From Escherichia coli (GTDB lineage Bacteria; Pseudomonadota; Gammaproteobacteria; Enterobacterales; Enterobacteriaceae): a DNA stretch of 64,000 bases. This document shows, one piece after another, positions 37,607 through 55,162 of this stretch. The stretch lies in assembly GCF_048403405.1 (NCBI RefSeq), contig NZ_CP183129.1; one strand, given 5' to 3'. The translations under genes and the position numbers were made by a program. Positions within the stretch are counted from its first letter, which is position 1. Each line of letters begins with the position of its first letter. The notes under the pieces were generated by a model. The model searched no databases, was not told the origin of the DNA, and saw only the letters and a program-made list of their open reading frames with translations.

Positions 37607-40234
37607 ATGAGCGACCTTGCGAGAGAAATTACACCGGTCAACATTGAGGAAGAGCTGAAGAGCTCCTATCTGGATTATGCGATGTCGGTCATTGTTGGCC
37701 GTGCGCTGCCGGATGTCCGAGATGGCCTGAAGCCGGTACACCGTCGCGTACTTTACGCCATGAACGTACTAGGCAATGACTGGAACAAAGCCTATAAAAA
37801 ATCTGCCCGTGTCGTTGGTGACGTAATCGGTAAATACCATCCCCATGGTGACTTGGCGGTTTATAACACGATCGTCCGTATGGCGCAGCCATTCTCGCTG
37901 CGTTACATGCTGGTAGACGGTCAGGGTAACTTCGGTTCCATCGACGGCGACTCTGCGGCGGCAATGCGTTATACGGAAATCCGTCTGGCGAAAATTGCCC
38001 ATGAACTGATGGCCGATCTCGAAAAAGAGACGGTCGATTTCGTTGATAACTATGACGGCACGGAAAAAATTCCCGACGTCATGCCAACCAAAATTCCTAA
38101 CCTGCTGGTGAACGGTTCTTCCGGTATCGCCGTAGGTATGGCAACCAACATCCCGCCGCACAACCTGACGGAAGTCATCAACGGTTGTCTGGCGTATATC
38201 GATGATGAAGACATCAGCATTGAAGGGCTGATGGAACACATCCCGGGGCCAGATTTCCCGACGGCGGCAATCATCAACGGTCGTCGCGGTATTGAAGAAG
38301 CTTACCGTACCGGTCGCGGCAAGGTATATATCCGCGCCCGTGCTGAAGTGGAAGTTGACGCCAAAACCGGACGTGAAACCATTATCGTCCACGAAATTCC
38401 GTATCAGGTAAACAAAGCGCGCCTGATCGAGAAGATTGCGGAACTGGTAAAAGAAAAACGCGTGGAAGGCATCAGCGCGCTGCGTGACGAGTCTGACAAA
38501 GACGGTATGCGCATCGTGATTGAAGTGAAACGCGATGCGGTCGGTGAAGTTGTGCTCAACAACCTCTACTCCCAGACCCAGTTGCAGGTTTCTTTCGGTA
38601 TCAACATGGTGGCATTGCACCATGGTCAGCCGAAGATCATGAACCTGAAAGACATCATCGCGGCGTTTGTTCGTCACCGCCGTGAAGTGGTGACCCGTCG
38701 TACTATTTTCGAACTGCGTAAAGCTCGCGATCGTGCTCATATCCTTGAAGCATTAGCCGTGGCGCTGGCGAACATCGACCCGATCATCGAACTGATCCGT
38801 CATGCGCCGACGCCTGCAGAAGCGAAAACTGCGCTGGTTGCTAATCCGTGGCAGCTGGGCAACGTTGCCGCCATGCTCGAACGTGCTGGCGACGATGCTG
38901 CGCGTCCGGAATGGCTGGAGCCAGAGTTCGGCGTGCGCGATGGTCTGTACTATCTGACCGAACAGCAAGCCCAGGCAATTCTGGATCTGCGTCTGCAGAA
39001 ACTGACCGGTCTTGAGCACGAAAAACTGCTCGACGAATACAAAGAGCTGCTGGATCAGATTGCGGAACTGCTGCGTATTCTGGGTAGCGCCGATCGTCTG
39101 ATGGAAGTGATCCGTGAAGAGCTGGAGCTGGTTCGTGAACAGTTCGGCGACAAACGTCGTACTGAAATCACTGCCAACAGCGCCGACATCAACCTGGAAG
39201 ATCTAATCACACAGGAAGATGTGGTGGTAACACTCTCTCACCAGGGCTACGTGAAGTATCAGCCGCTTTCTGAATACGAAGCGCAGCGTCGTGGCGGGAA
39301 AGGTAAATCTGCCGCACGTATTAAAGAAGAAGACTTTATCGACCGACTGCTGGTGGCGAACACCCACGACCATATTCTGTGCTTCTCCAGCCGTGGTCGC
39401 GTCTATTCGATGAAAGTCTATCAGTTGCCGGAAGCCACTCGTGGCGCGCGCGGTCGTCCGATCGTCAACCTGCTGCCGCTGGAGCAGGACGAACGTATCA
39501 CTGCCATCCTGCCGGTGACCGAGTTTGAAGAGGGCGTGAAAGTCTTCATGGCGACCGCTAACGGTACCGTGAAGAAAACTGTCCTCACCGAGTTCAACCG
39601 TCTGCGTACCGCCGGTAAAGTGGCGATCAAACTTGTTGAAGGCGATGAGCTGATCGGCGTTGACCTGACCAGCGGCGAAGACGAAGTAATGCTGTTCTCC
39701 GCCGAAGGTAAAGTGGTGCGCTTTAAAGAGTCTTCTGTCCGTGCGATGGGCTGCAACACCACCGGTGTTCGCGGTATTCGTTTAGGCGAAGGCGATAAAG
39801 TCGTCTCTCTGATCGTGCCTCGTGGCGATGGCGCAATCCTCACCGCAACGCAGAACGGTTATGGTAAACGTACCGCAGTGGCGGAATACCCGACTAAGTC
39901 GCGTGCGACGAAAGGGGTTATCTCCATCAAGGTTACCGAACGTAACGGTTTAGTGGTTGGCGCGGTGCAGGTAGATGACTGCGACCAGATCATGATGATC
40001 ACCGATGCCGGTACGCTGGTACGTACTCGCGTTTCGGAAATCAGCATCGTGGGCCGTAACACCCAGGGCGTGATCCTCATCCGTACTGCGGAAGATGAAA
40101 ACGTAGTGGGTCTGCAACGTGTTGCTGAACCGGTTGACGAGGAAGATCTGGATACCATCGACGGCAGTGCCGCGGAAGGGGACGATGAAATCGCTCCGGA
40201 AGTGGACGTTGACGACGAGCCAGAAGAAGAATAA
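37607..40234 (+). CDS. gyrA: DNA gyrase subunit A; QRDR carries Leu83 and Asn87
   Basis: 875-aa ORF; codons 83 (TTG, 37853-37855) and 87 (AAC, 37865-37867) inside ...[17 protein letters not shown]... Confidence 0.95.
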   Translation: MSDLAREITPVNIEEELKSSYLDYAMSVIVGRALPDVRDGLKPVHRRVLYAMNVLGNDWNKAYKKSARVVGDVIGKYHPHGDLAVYNTIVRMAQPFSLRYMLVDGQGNFGSIDGDSAAAMRYTEIRLAKIAHELMADLEKETVDFVDNYDGTEKIPDVMPTKIPNLLVNGSSGIAVGMATNIPPHNLTEVINGCLAYIDDEDISIEGLMEHIPGPDFPTAAIINGRRGIEEAYRTGRGKVYIRARAEVEVDAKTGRETIIVHEIPYQVNKARLIEKIAELVKEKRVEGISALRDESDKDGMRIVIEVKRDAVGEVVLNNLYSQTQLQVSFGINMVALHHGQPKIMNLKDIIAAFVRHRREVVTRRTIFELRKARDRAHILEALAVALANIDPIIELIRHAPTPAEAKTALVANPWQLGNVAAMLERAGDDAARPEWLEPEFGVRDGLYYLTEQQAQAILDLRLQKLTGLEHEKLLDEYKELLDQIAELLRILGSADRLMEVIREELELVREQFGDKRRTEITANSADINLEDLITQEDVVVTLSHQGYVKYQPLSEYEAQRRGGKGKSAARIKEEDFIDRLLVANTHDHILCFSSRGRVYSMKVYQLPEATRGARGRPIVNLLPLEQDERITAILPVTEFEEGVKVFMATANGTVKKTVLTEFNRLRTAGKVAIKLVEGDELIGVDLTSGEDEVMLFSAEGKVVRFKESSVRAMGCNTTGVRGIRLGEGDKVVSLIVPRGDGAILTATQNGYGKRTAVAEYPTKSRATKGVISIKVTERNGLVVGAVQVDDCDQIMMITDAGTLVRTRVSEISIVGRNTQGVILIRTAEDENVVGLQRVAEPVDEEDLDTIDGSAAEGDDEIAPEVDVDDEPEEE

Positions 40235-40276
40235 TTTTACTTCTTCATGCCAAAAGGGAGCTATCTCCCTTGTTTG
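40223..40276 (+). terminator. candidate gyrA terminator hairpins
   Basis: gaagaag-N10-cttcttc and gggag-ctat-ctccc followed by ttgtttg just after the gyrA stop. Confidence 0.4.
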
Positions 40277-40382
40277 AATTGAAAAGTCCAGGCTGCAAAG
40301 TCTGGGCTTTTGTCGTATTAGGGCGCGGTAAAGTTTTGCTGTGCTCATAAAAAATGGCTGGCTTTACACAAGGAATGTGGCA

Positions 40383-47230
<6,848 letters not shown>

Positions 47231-48880
47231 GTGAACTGGCGCAGAATTGTCTGGCTATTGGCGTTGGTTACTCTGCCAACGCTTGCGGAGGAGACGCCGT
47301 TACAACTGGTGCTGCGCGGTGCGCAGCACGATCAACTGTATCAGCTGTCGTCATCAGGCGTGACCAAAGTCTCAGCATTACCTGACACGCTCACCACGCC
47401 GTTAGGGAGTTTGTGGAAACTGTATGTTTACGCCTGGCTGGAGGATACCCATCAACCGGAGCAGCCCTACCAGTGTCGCGGAAACTCCCCGGAAGAGGTT
47501 TATTGTTGTCAGGCTGGGGAGAGCATAACGCGCGATACCGCGCTGGTACGTTCCTGTGGACTCTATTTTGCGCCGCAGCGGTTGCATATTGGCGCAGATG
47601 TGTGGGGGCAATACTGGCAACAGCGTCAGGCACCGGCGTGGTTAGCGTCTCTTACTACGCTGAAGCCAGAAACCTCGGTAACGGTTAAATCACTGCTTGA
47701 TTCATTAGCGACGTTACCCGCGCAAAACAAAGCTCAGGAAGTCTTACTGGATGTGGTGCTGGACGAGGCGAAAATCGGTGTCGCATCCATGCTCGGTAGT
47801 CGGGTACGGGTGAAAACCTGGAGCTGGTTTGCCGATGATAAACAGGAAATCCGTCAGGGTGGTTTTGCCGGCTGGTTAACCGATGGTTCACCGCTGTGGG
47901 TTACTGGCAGTGGCACCAGCAAAACGGTACTAACCCGTTATGCGACGGTGCTTAATCGGGTTTTGCCAGTGCCGACGCAGGTTGCCAGTGGGCAATGTGT
48001 AGAGGTGGAGCTGTTTGCCCGCTATCCGCTGAAGAAAATCACAGCGGAAAAGAGTACGACGGCAGTAAAACCCGGCGTACTTAATGGGCGCTATCGTGTG
48101 ACATTTGCCAATGGTAACCACATTACGTTTGTCAGCCACGGTGAGACGACCTTACTGAGCGAAAAGGGCAAACTGAAATTGCAGTCGCATCTTGATCGTG
48201 AAGAGTACGTTGCCAGAGTTCTGGATCGCGAGGCGAAAAGTACGCCCCCTGAGGCAGCGAAAGCCATGACCGTGGCGATTCGCACTTTTTTACAGCAAAA
48301 CGCCAATCGGGAAGGCGATTGCCTGACCATCCCCGACAGTAGCGCCACGCAGCGTGTTTCTGCTTCGCCAGCGACCACGGGGGCGCGAACGATGACCGCC
48401 TGGACGCAGGATCTTATCTATGCGGGCGATCCGGTTCATTATCATGGCAGTCGCGCTACCGAAGGGACGCTTTCCTGGCGGCAAGCCACGGCCCAGGCGG
48501 GGCAGGGAGAGCGTTACGACCAGATACTCGCGTTTGCTTATCCCGACAACAGCCTTAGCCGCTGGGGAGCGCCACGCTCAAGCTGCCAGTTATTACCCAA
48601 AGCGAAAGCCTGGCTGGCGAAAAAAATGCCGCAGTGGCGGCGTATATTACAAGGCGAGACGGGGTACAACGAACCAGACGTGTTTGCGGTCTGTCGTTTA
48701 GTCTCAGGTTTCCCCTATACCGATCGGCAGCAGAAACGGCTGTTTATTCGTAACTTCTTTACGCTTCAGGATCGGCTCGATTTAACCCATGAGTATCTGC
48801 ACCTGGCCTTTGATGGTTATCCCACCGGGCTTGATGAGAACTATATCGAAACGCTGACCCGACAATTATTAATGGACTAA
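47231..48880 (+). CDS. yfaQ: YfaQ-like exported protein (DUF2300-type)
   Basis: GTG start immediately after yfaS stop; signal peptide RRIVWLLALVTLPTLAEE. Confidence 0.7.
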   Translation: MNWRRIVWLLALVTLPTLAEETPLQLVLRGAQHDQLYQLSSSGVTKVSALPDTLTTPLGSLWKLYVYAWLEDTHQPEQPYQCRGNSPEEVYCCQAGESITRDTALVRSCGLYFAPQRLHIGADVWGQYWQQRQAPAWLASLTTLKPETSVTVKSLLDSLATLPAQNKAQEVLLDVVLDEAKIGVASMLGSRVRVKTWSWFADDKQEIRQGGFAGWLTDGSPLWVTGSGTSKTVLTRYATVLNRVLPVPTQVASGQCVEVELFARYPLKKITAEKSTTAVKPGVLNGRYRVTFANGNHITFVSHGETTLLSEKGKLKLQSHLDREEYVARVLDREAKSTPPEAAKAMTVAIRTFLQQNANREGDCLTIPDSSATQRVSASPATTGARTMTAWTQDLIYAGDPVHYHGSRATEGTLSWRQATAQAGQGERYDQILAFAYPDNSLSRWGAPRSSCQLLPKAKAWLAKKMPQWRRILQGETGYNEPDVFAVCRLVSGFPYTDRQQKRLFIRNFFTLQDRLDLTHEYLHLAFDGYPTGLDENYIETLTRQLLMD

Positions 48881-48884
48881 TGCT

Positions 48885-49661
48885 ATGCGAAAGATTTTTC
48901 TTCCGTTGTTACTGGTGGCGCTTTCGCCTGTCGCTCACAGTGAAGGTGTGCAGGAAGTCGAGATTGATGCACCGCTCTCTGGCTGGCATCCGGCAGAGGG
49001 CGAAGATGCCAGTTTTTCACAATCGATCAATTACCCGGCGTCGTCCGTCAACATGGCAGATGATCAAAATATCTCAGCGCAGATCCGCGGCAAAATAAAG
49101 AATTATGCTGCGGCGGGTAAAGTTCAGCAGGGCCGGCTGGTGGTCAACGGTGCCAGTATGCCGCAGAGAATTGAATCCGATGGTTCATTTGCACGCCCTT
49201 ATATTTTTACTGAAGGCAGCAACAGCGTGCAGGTCATCAGCCCGGATGGGCAAAGCCGACAAAAAATGCAGTTTTACTCAACGCCGGGCGCTGGAGCGAT
49301 CCGCGCGCGTTTACGGCTGGTTCTCTCCTGGGACACGGACAATACCGACCTCGACCTTCACGTTGTTACACCTGATGGCGAACACGCCTGGTACGGTAAC
49401 AGCGTGCTGAAAAACAGTGGTGCACTGGATATGGATGTCACGACGGGGTACGGCCCCGAGATTTTCGCCATGCCAGCGCCGATTCACGGACGTTATCAGG
49501 TGTATATCAACTACTATGGCGGACGCAGCGAAACGGAATTGACGACCGCCCAACTGACGCTGATCACCGAGGAAGGATCGGTCAATGAGAAACAGGAAAC
49601 ATTTATTGTACCGATGCGTAATGCTGGCGAGCTGACGCTGGTGAAAAGTTTTGACTGGTGA
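48885..49661 (+). CDS. yfaP: YfaP-like exported protein (DUF2135-type)
   Basis: Signal peptide MRKIFLPLLLVALSPVAHSEG; last gene of the module. Confidence 0.7.
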   Translation: MRKIFLPLLLVALSPVAHSEGVQEVEIDAPLSGWHPAEGEDASFSQSINYPASSVNMADDQNISAQIRGKIKNYAAAGKVQQGRLVVNGASMPQRIESDGSFARPYIFTEGSNSVQVISPDGQSRQKMQFYSTPGAGAIRARLRLVLSWDTDNTDLDLHVVTPDGEHAWYGNSVLKNSGALDMDVTTGYGPEIFAMPAPIHGRYQVYINYYGGRSETELTTAQLTLITEEGSVNEKQETFIVPMRNAGELTLVKSFDW

Positions 49662-49700
49662 TTAATGGGGTTACCTTCGCCGTCGATGTTCAAGAAAACG

Positions 49701-49730
49701 CCCGATAACTTTCGCTATCGGGTGTTTTTA
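49701..49730. terminator. bidirectional rho-independent terminator between yfaP and atoB
   Basis: Stem cccgata / tatcggg with 8-nt loop, followed by tgttttta on + and preceded by an A-run (T-run on minus). Confidence 0.55.
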
Positions 49731-49734
49731 TTGA

Positions 49735-50919
49735 TTAATTCAACCGTTCAATCACCATCGCAATTCCCTGGCCGCCACCAATGCACAGTGTTGCCAGCCC
49801 CAGCGTTTTATCGCGTGCCTGCATGGCATGTAATAGTGTGACCAGAATACGAGCACCACTGGCACCGATAGGATGCCCGAGCGCGATGGCCCCGCCGTTG
49901 ACATTCACTTTCTCAGAATCAAAGCCCAGGGTTTTCCCAACGGCAAGGAACTGTGCAGCAAATGCTTCATTAGCCTCAATGAGATCAATATCCGCCAGTT
50001 GCAGCCCCGCCAGTTGTAACGCTTTTTGCGTGGCAGGTACTGGCCCCATACCCATAAATGCGGGGGGCACGCCACCGCTGGCATAACTTTTAATGCGAGC
50101 CAGGGGGGTAAGGCCTGCTGCCAGCGCCGCAGATTCTTCCATAATCACCAGAGCGGCAGCACCGTCGTTAATACCAGACGCGTTCCCGGCGGTGACTGTT
50201 CCTGCTTTATCGAAGGCCGGGCGCAATGCGCCTAACGCTTCAGTCGTAGAATCCGCTTTCGGGAATTCGTCTTGACTGAAGACGAAGGTTTTCTTCCGAG
50301 TGACAACATTTACCGGGACGATTTCGGCTGTAAAAGCACCGGACTCAATTGCGGCTGCCGCTTTACGCTGTGAATGTAGCGCCAGTTCATCCTGCATTTC
50401 TCGGGTAATTCCGTACTCTTTGGCCACGTTCTCGGCGGTAATCCCCATATGATAACCATGGGTGGCGCACATCAGACCATCGCGCAGGATTACGTCATAA
50501 ACCTGTCCGTCTCCAAGACGATAACCAGAGCGTGCTTTTGCATCGAGTAAGTAGGGCGCTAAACTCATATTTTCCATACCCCCCGCCACAATGCTTTGCG
50601 CCTGACCTGCCTGAATTGCCTGGGCGGCAAGCGCCACACTTTTAAGACCCGAACCACACACTTTATTGACCGTGAATCCGCACACCGTTTCTGCCAGCCC
50701 GCTTTTTAACAGTGCCTGACGTGCCGGATTTTGCCCCAACCCGGCTTGCAACACGTTACCCATAATCACTTCATCAATGTGTAGTGAATCGATTCTTGCA
50801 CGTTCAATGGCGGCTTTAATTACTGTCGCCCCCAGGTCGATGGCGCTGGTGGAAGCGAGTGAGCCGTTAAAACTACCGATAGCAGTACGTACCGCACTGA
50901 CGATGACACAATTTTTCAT
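49735..50919 (-). CDS. atoB: acetyl-CoA acetyltransferase (thiolase II)
   Basis: 394-aa thiolase ORF with active-site region NKVCGSGL and C-terminal GGGQG. Confidence 0.9.
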   Translation of the reverse strand: MKNCVIVSAVRTAIGSFNGSLASTSAIDLGATVIKAAIERARIDSLHIDEVIMGNVLQAGLGQNPARQALLKSGLAETVCGFTVNKVCGSGLKSVALAAQAIQAGQAQSIVAGGMENMSLAPYLLDAKARSGYRLGDGQVYDVILRDGLMCATHGYHMGITAENVAKEYGITREMQDELALHSQRKAAAAIESGAFTAEIVPVNVVTRKKTFVFSQDEFPKADSTTEALGALRPAFDKAGTVTAGNASGINDGAAALVIMEESAALAAGLTPLARIKSYASGGVPPAFMGMGPVPATQKALQLAGLQLADIDLIEANEAFAAQFLAVGKTLGFDSEKVNVNGGAIALGHPIGASGARILVTLLHAMQARDKTLGLATLCIGGGQGIAMVIERLN

Positions 50920-50949
50920 TTTTTATTCCTTCTGTCTGTAGGGTTGCCG

Positions 50950-52272
50950 TCAGAACAGCGTTAAACCAATGACGAAAATGACGCCGGAGAAGAGCAGGGC
51001 AGTGATGCAATAGCCCATGATGTCGCGGACACCGAGTCCGGCGATTGCCAGTGCTGGCAGCGCCCAGAATGGTTGTGCCATGTTCATCCATTGCTCGCCG
51101 TAGGCGATCGCCATTACCGATTTACCGAGATCAGCGCCCAGCGCCTGGGCTGCGGGTATCACGAAAGGTCCCTGAATAACCCAGTGACCGCCGCCAGACG
51201 GAACGGCGAAGTTAATCAGTGCAGAACTAAAAAAGGTCATTACCGGGAAGGTGTCTTTGTTCGCAACATTGATGAAGAATTCGGTAATGAGTCCGCCCAG
51301 ACCGGAGTGCTCCATCATCAGTTGGATCCCAGCGTAGAAGGGGAATTGCACCAAAATACCGGCAGTACTGCGTGCTGCCGCGCTGATAGCACGCATATAA
51401 GCCATTGGCGTTTTATGTAGCAGCAGACCCGCAATCATAAACATCAGGTTGACGGTATTGATGGTGATGTTGAAGCCATGTTCGCTGAAGTACATCGCAA
51501 GGTAAGCGATACCGAGTGCGCCGATGATCAACGTCAGAATGCGGCTTTCTTCCAGTCGCTCGGATGGTGGGGCATCTTTCGGTAGCTGCTTTTGGAAATC
51601 AGCCTCTTCCATGAGTAGTTTCGGATCGATACTCACCACGTCAGACGGTTTTGGCATCATCATGCGGGTGATAAATGGCATCACCACAATCAACGCCACA
51701 GTGATGAAAATATTAAAACCACTGAACAGAGTATCGCCCACCGGGATCAGCCCGGCGATATGCTCAACCGGGTTGCCCGGTGTTGCAGCCAACAGAGGCA
51801 TTGAGCCAGAGAAACCGCCACCCCAGGTGAGAAAACCAATGTAGGCGCAGGCAATGAGCAACGGATAATCAGAACCGGGTACTCGGCGGGCGACTTCACG
51901 GGCAAACATTGCGCCGACAACCAAACCAAATCCCCAGTTGATGACACAAGCGACTGAACCGAAGAAAGTAACCAGCATGACGCCCTGTACGGGCGTCTTT
52001 GCGGCGGAGGCGGCAGTACGCAGCAAACTTTTTACCGGAGCAGAGCTGGCAAGGGCATGACCGGTAACGATGATAAGCGCCATCTGCATACCAAACGCCA
52101 GCAAGTTCCAGAAACCGTCACCCCACATTTTCACCATGCTGATCGGCGTTTGTGGTGTTAACCAAAGCGCGATCACGAAAGTTAGCAATGTCAGCAACAT
52201 GGCAAAGATCAGTGGATCGGGAAGCCACCGGCTGACAAAACGCGTCATAAAACGCGATATGCGACCAATCAT
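50950..52272 (-). CDS. atoE: short-chain fatty acid transporter
   Basis: 440-aa polytopic membrane ORF between atoA and atoB. Confidence 0.85.
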   Translation of the reverse strand: MIGRISRFMTRFVSRWLPDPLIFAMLLTLLTFVIALWLTPQTPISMVKMWGDGFWNLLAFGMQMALIIVTGHALASSAPVKSLLRTAASAAKTPVQGVMLVTFFGSVACVINWGFGLVVGAMFAREVARRVPGSDYPLLIACAYIGFLTWGGGFSGSMPLLAATPGNPVEHIAGLIPVGDTLFSGFNIFITVALIVVMPFITRMMMPKPSDVVSIDPKLLMEEADFQKQLPKDAPPSERLEESRILTLIIGALGIAYLAMYFSEHGFNITINTVNLMFMIAGLLLHKTPMAYMRAISAAARSTAGILVQFPFYAGIQLMMEHSGLGGLITEFFINVANKDTFPVMTFFSSALINFAVPSGGGHWVIQGPFVIPAAQALGADLGKSVMAIAYGEQWMNMAQPFWALPALAIAGLGVRDIMGYCITALLFSGVIFVIGLTLF

Positions 52273-52919
52273 AAATCACCCCGTTGCGTATTCAGATCGG
52301 CGGCGACTTCAAACCGAGCTTCTGTTTTGGCACGCACGGTGGCTAAATCACACCCGTCGGCAATTTCGGTGAGCCACATTTTGCCGTCAATAAAACGAAA
52401 GACAGCCAGTTCAGTAACCAGCATATGCACCGCATGTTGCGCAGTGAGTGGCATGGTGCAGCGGCGCAAAATTTTTGCTGAACCATCTTTGGCACAATGT
52501 TCCATGGCGATGATCACTTTGCGCGACCCGGTCACCAGATCCATCGCGCCACCCATACCGGGCACCATTTTCCCAGGCACTACCCAGTTCGCGAGGTTTG
52601 CTTCTTCGTCTACTTGCAAACCGCCGAGCACGCAGGCATCAATATGACCGCCGCGGATTAGCGCAAATGACATGGCGCTATCAAACATGGCTGCACCGGG
52701 TAAAACACCGCACGGTTGTCCGCCAGCGTTCACCAGATCTGGATGCGCTGTCGTGACCGGGCCTAAACCGAGGAAGCCGTTTTCCGATTGCAGAGTGATA
52801 TGAATACCCTCCGGTAAATAATTGGCGACCATTGTGGGTAAACCGATCCCTAAGTTAACGATGTCACCATCACGAAGCTCTTGCGCCACACGGCGCGCAA
52901 TACGTTGTTTCGCATCCAT
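52269..52919 (-). CDS. atoA: acetate CoA-transferase beta subunit
   Basis: 216-aa 3-oxoacid CoA-transferase subunit B-type ORF. Confidence 0.9.
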   Translation of the reverse strand: MDAKQRIARRVAQELRDGDIVNLGIGLPTMVANYLPEGIHITLQSENGFLGLGPVTTAHPDLVNAGGQPCGVLPGAAMFDSAMSFALIRGGHIDACVLGGLQVDEEANLANWVVPGKMVPGMGGAMDLVTGSRKVIIAMEHCAKDGSAKILRRCTMPLTAQHAVHMLVTELAVFRFIDGKMWLTEIADGCDLATVRAKTEARFEVAADLNTQRGDL

Positions 52920-53581
52920 TATTTGCTCTCCTGTGAAACGATGATGTGGTCGATAACGGCACCAGGGGTGACAATATGGTCAGGTTGCAGCTCGCCGGTT
53001 TCGACCAGTTCATCTGGCTCTACCAGTGTGATATCAGCCGCAAGGGCTATCAGGGGGTTAAAGTTGCGGGCGCTAAGTTGATAGGTCAGGTTGCCAAGTG
53101 TGTCGCAACGATGAGCGCGAATTAGCGCCAGGTCGGCGCGCAGTGGGCGTTCGAGCAGCCAGGTTTTACCGTCGAGTGTCAGTGTCTGTTTGCCTTCCTC
53201 TACGACGGTGCCGACACCCGTTGGGGTGAGAAAACCACCAAGTCCAGCTCCACCACAGCGAATTTGCTCGATTAGCGTACCTTGCGGCACCAGAACGACG
53301 TCCATCTCACCAGATATCATGCGCCGACCTGTTTCCGGGTTGGTGCCGATATGTGAAGCAATCACTTTGCGGACTCGACCATTGACGATGAGCGGACCGA
53401 TGCCAGTATCAACAAACGCGGTATCATTGGCTATCAATGTCAGGTCGCGAACACCAGATTCCAGTAATGCTTCAACCAGGCGGGATGGAGTGCCAATCCC
53501 CATAAATCCGCCCACCATGATGGTCATGCCGTCACGAAAGAAGCCGGTGGCATCTTGTAATGTCATCAATTTTGTTTTCAT
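52919..53581 (-). CDS. atoD: acetate CoA-transferase alpha subunit
   Basis: 220-aa 3-oxoacid CoA-transferase subunit A-type ORF. Confidence 0.9.
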   Translation of the reverse strand: MKTKLMTLQDATGFFRDGMTIMVGGFMGIGTPSRLVEALLESGVRDLTLIANDTAFVDTGIGPLIVNGRVRKVIASHIGTNPETGRRMISGEMDVVLVPQGTLIEQIRCGGAGLGGFLTPTGVGTVVEEGKQTLTLDGKTWLLERPLRADLALIRAHRCDTLGNLTYQLSARNFNPLIALAADITLVEPDELVETGELQPDHIVTPGAVIDHIIVSQESK

Positions 53582-53626
53582 TTTTTATCCCTCTTGCATA
53601 CACCGTTGTGGGTACAGTCAGGGAAT

Positions 53627-53642
53627 AGCAAGGGGAGTGCCA
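53627..53642 (-). promoter_or_regulatory. sigma54 promoter (TGGCAC-N5-TTGCT) of atoDAEB
   Basis: Minus-strand tggcactccccttgct matches the -24/-12 consensus, about 45 bp upstream of atoD. Confidence 0.55.
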
Positions 53643-53724
53643 GAATGAGATTATTGGGTTTTGTTATTTAACTAATTGAATATGAAGGGATAAATTGGAT
53701 GAGGATTTATAAGGAGAATGAGCG

Positions 53725-53765
53725 GCTATGCAGAAAATTGCGCACTGTGCAAATATCTGCATAGC
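53725..53765. promoter_or_regulatory. AtoC enhancer: 41-bp palindrome
   Basis: gctatgcagaaaattgcgca-c-tgtgcaaatatctgcatagc upstream of the sigma54 promoter. Confidence 0.55.
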
Positions 53766-53776
53766 AAGTTTTGGCG

Positions 53777-55162
53777 TTATACATCCGCCGGATCGATACC
53801 GTATTCCTGGAGTTTATACATCAATGCACGGCGACTGATGCCCAGCATTAAAGCAGTGCGGGTTCGGTTTCCTTCTTGTTGTTCCAGCACTTCCATAATG
53901 ATGCGTTTTTCGACGCGTTTAATTTCCTCTTTTAAATTACGCTCACCGACAGGGGCTGTTTTTGCCTCACCAGCATTACAGACTGGCTGACGAATCTGCG
54001 GCGGAAGATCCTCAGAGAAAATGATCGGGCCTGAGTTCATCACGACGGCGCGTTCAATAACGTTGGAAAGCTCTCGAATATTTCCCGGCCATGACCAGGC
54101 GGTAAGCAGTGACATTGCCATCGGATCGATGTCGATAATATCGCGCTGATTCTCACTACTGAATTTTTGCAAAAAGTGATTAGCTAACAGGGAAATATCT
54201 TCCCGGCGATCGCGCAGAGGCGGCAGTATTAAATGAATAACGTTAAGGCGATAAAAGAGATCTTCACGGAAGGTGCCTTCTTTTACCATTGCCTGCAAGT
54301 CACGGTTGGTGGCAGCAATGATGCGGATATCAACTTTTATGGTCTGATGGCCGCCAATCCGTTCAAATTCCCGTTCCTGCAGAATGCGTAGTAATTTGGC
54401 TTGCAGTACGAGCGGCATTTCGCCAATTTCGTCGAGGAGCAGAGTACCTTCGTTGGCACGTTCAAATAATCCCTGACGCAAGGTTTGTGCACCAGTAAAT
54501 GCACCTTTTTCATGACCAAACAGTTCACTTTCGAGCAACGATTCCGGCAGCGCCGCGCAGTTGACTTTAATGAACGGCCCCTTTGCCCGCCGCGAATTGT
54601 AGTGAATCGCTCTGGCAATCAACTCTTTCCCGGTGCCGCTTTCACCGCTAATCAAGACGCTGGCCTGAGAAAGGGCAATTTTGGCGGTGTCTTTGCAGAT
54701 ATCCATCATCGCAGGGCTGTTGGTGAGAATGTGCCCCCATTGCCAGCTGGTGCTCAGTGCCTGGTGCAGATGACGGATCTCTTTTTTCATTGACTGGAGT
54801 TGTAAAGCGCGCTGAACGATTAAATTCAACTCATCGAGATCAAACGGTTTGATAACATAGTCGAAGGCCCCGCAGCGTAGCGCTTCGACGGCGGTTTCCA
54901 CTTCAGCATAGGCCGTCATCAGAATAACGGGGGTCCGTGTCTCATGGCTGCGCATCTCCTTGAGTGCCTTGATGCCGTCCATCTCTGGCATGCGGATATC
55001 CATCAACACCACGTCAGGGTGAATATCGGCAAACAGGTGTAATGCTGTGCGTCCGTTGTTCGCACAATGTGTTTCGAATCCTTGTAGTGCAAAAGCGGTG
55101 CTCAGCATACGGCGAACATTATCTTCATCATCCACAATAAGGATGCGATTAATAGCAGTCAT
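53777..55162 (-). CDS. atoC: sigma54-dependent response regulator AtoC (NtrC family)
   Basis: 461-aa ORF: receiver domain, AAA+ GESGTGKE Walker A, GAFTGA motif, C-terminal HTH. Confidence 0.9.
   Translation of the reverse strand: MTAINRILIVDDEDNVRRMLSTAFALQGFETHCANNGRTALHLFADIHPDVVLMDIRMPEMDGIKALKEMRSHETRTPVILMTAYAEVETAVEALRCGAFDYVIKPFDLDELNLIVQRALQLQSMKKEIRHLHQALSTSWQWGHILTNSPAMMDICKDTAKIALSQASVLISGESGTGKELIARAIHYNSRRAKGPFIKVNCAALPESLLESELFGHEKGAFTGAQTLRQGLFERANEGTLLLDEIGEMPLVLQAKLLRILQEREFERIGGHQTIKVDIRIIAATNRDLQAMVKEGTFREDLFYRLNVIHLILPPLRDRREDISLLANHFLQKFSSENQRDIIDIDPMAMSLLTAWSWPGNIRELSNVIERAVVMNSGPIIFSEDLPPQIRQPVCNAGEAKTAPVGERNLKEEIKRVEKRIIMEVLEQQEGNRTRTALMLGISRRALMYKLQEYGIDPADV

Noticed and set aside
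37769-38740. 323-aa minus-strand ORF antisense to the 5' part of gyrA
   Set aside because: Same reasoning: embedded in an essential conserved gene, no start signals, low-complexity translation.
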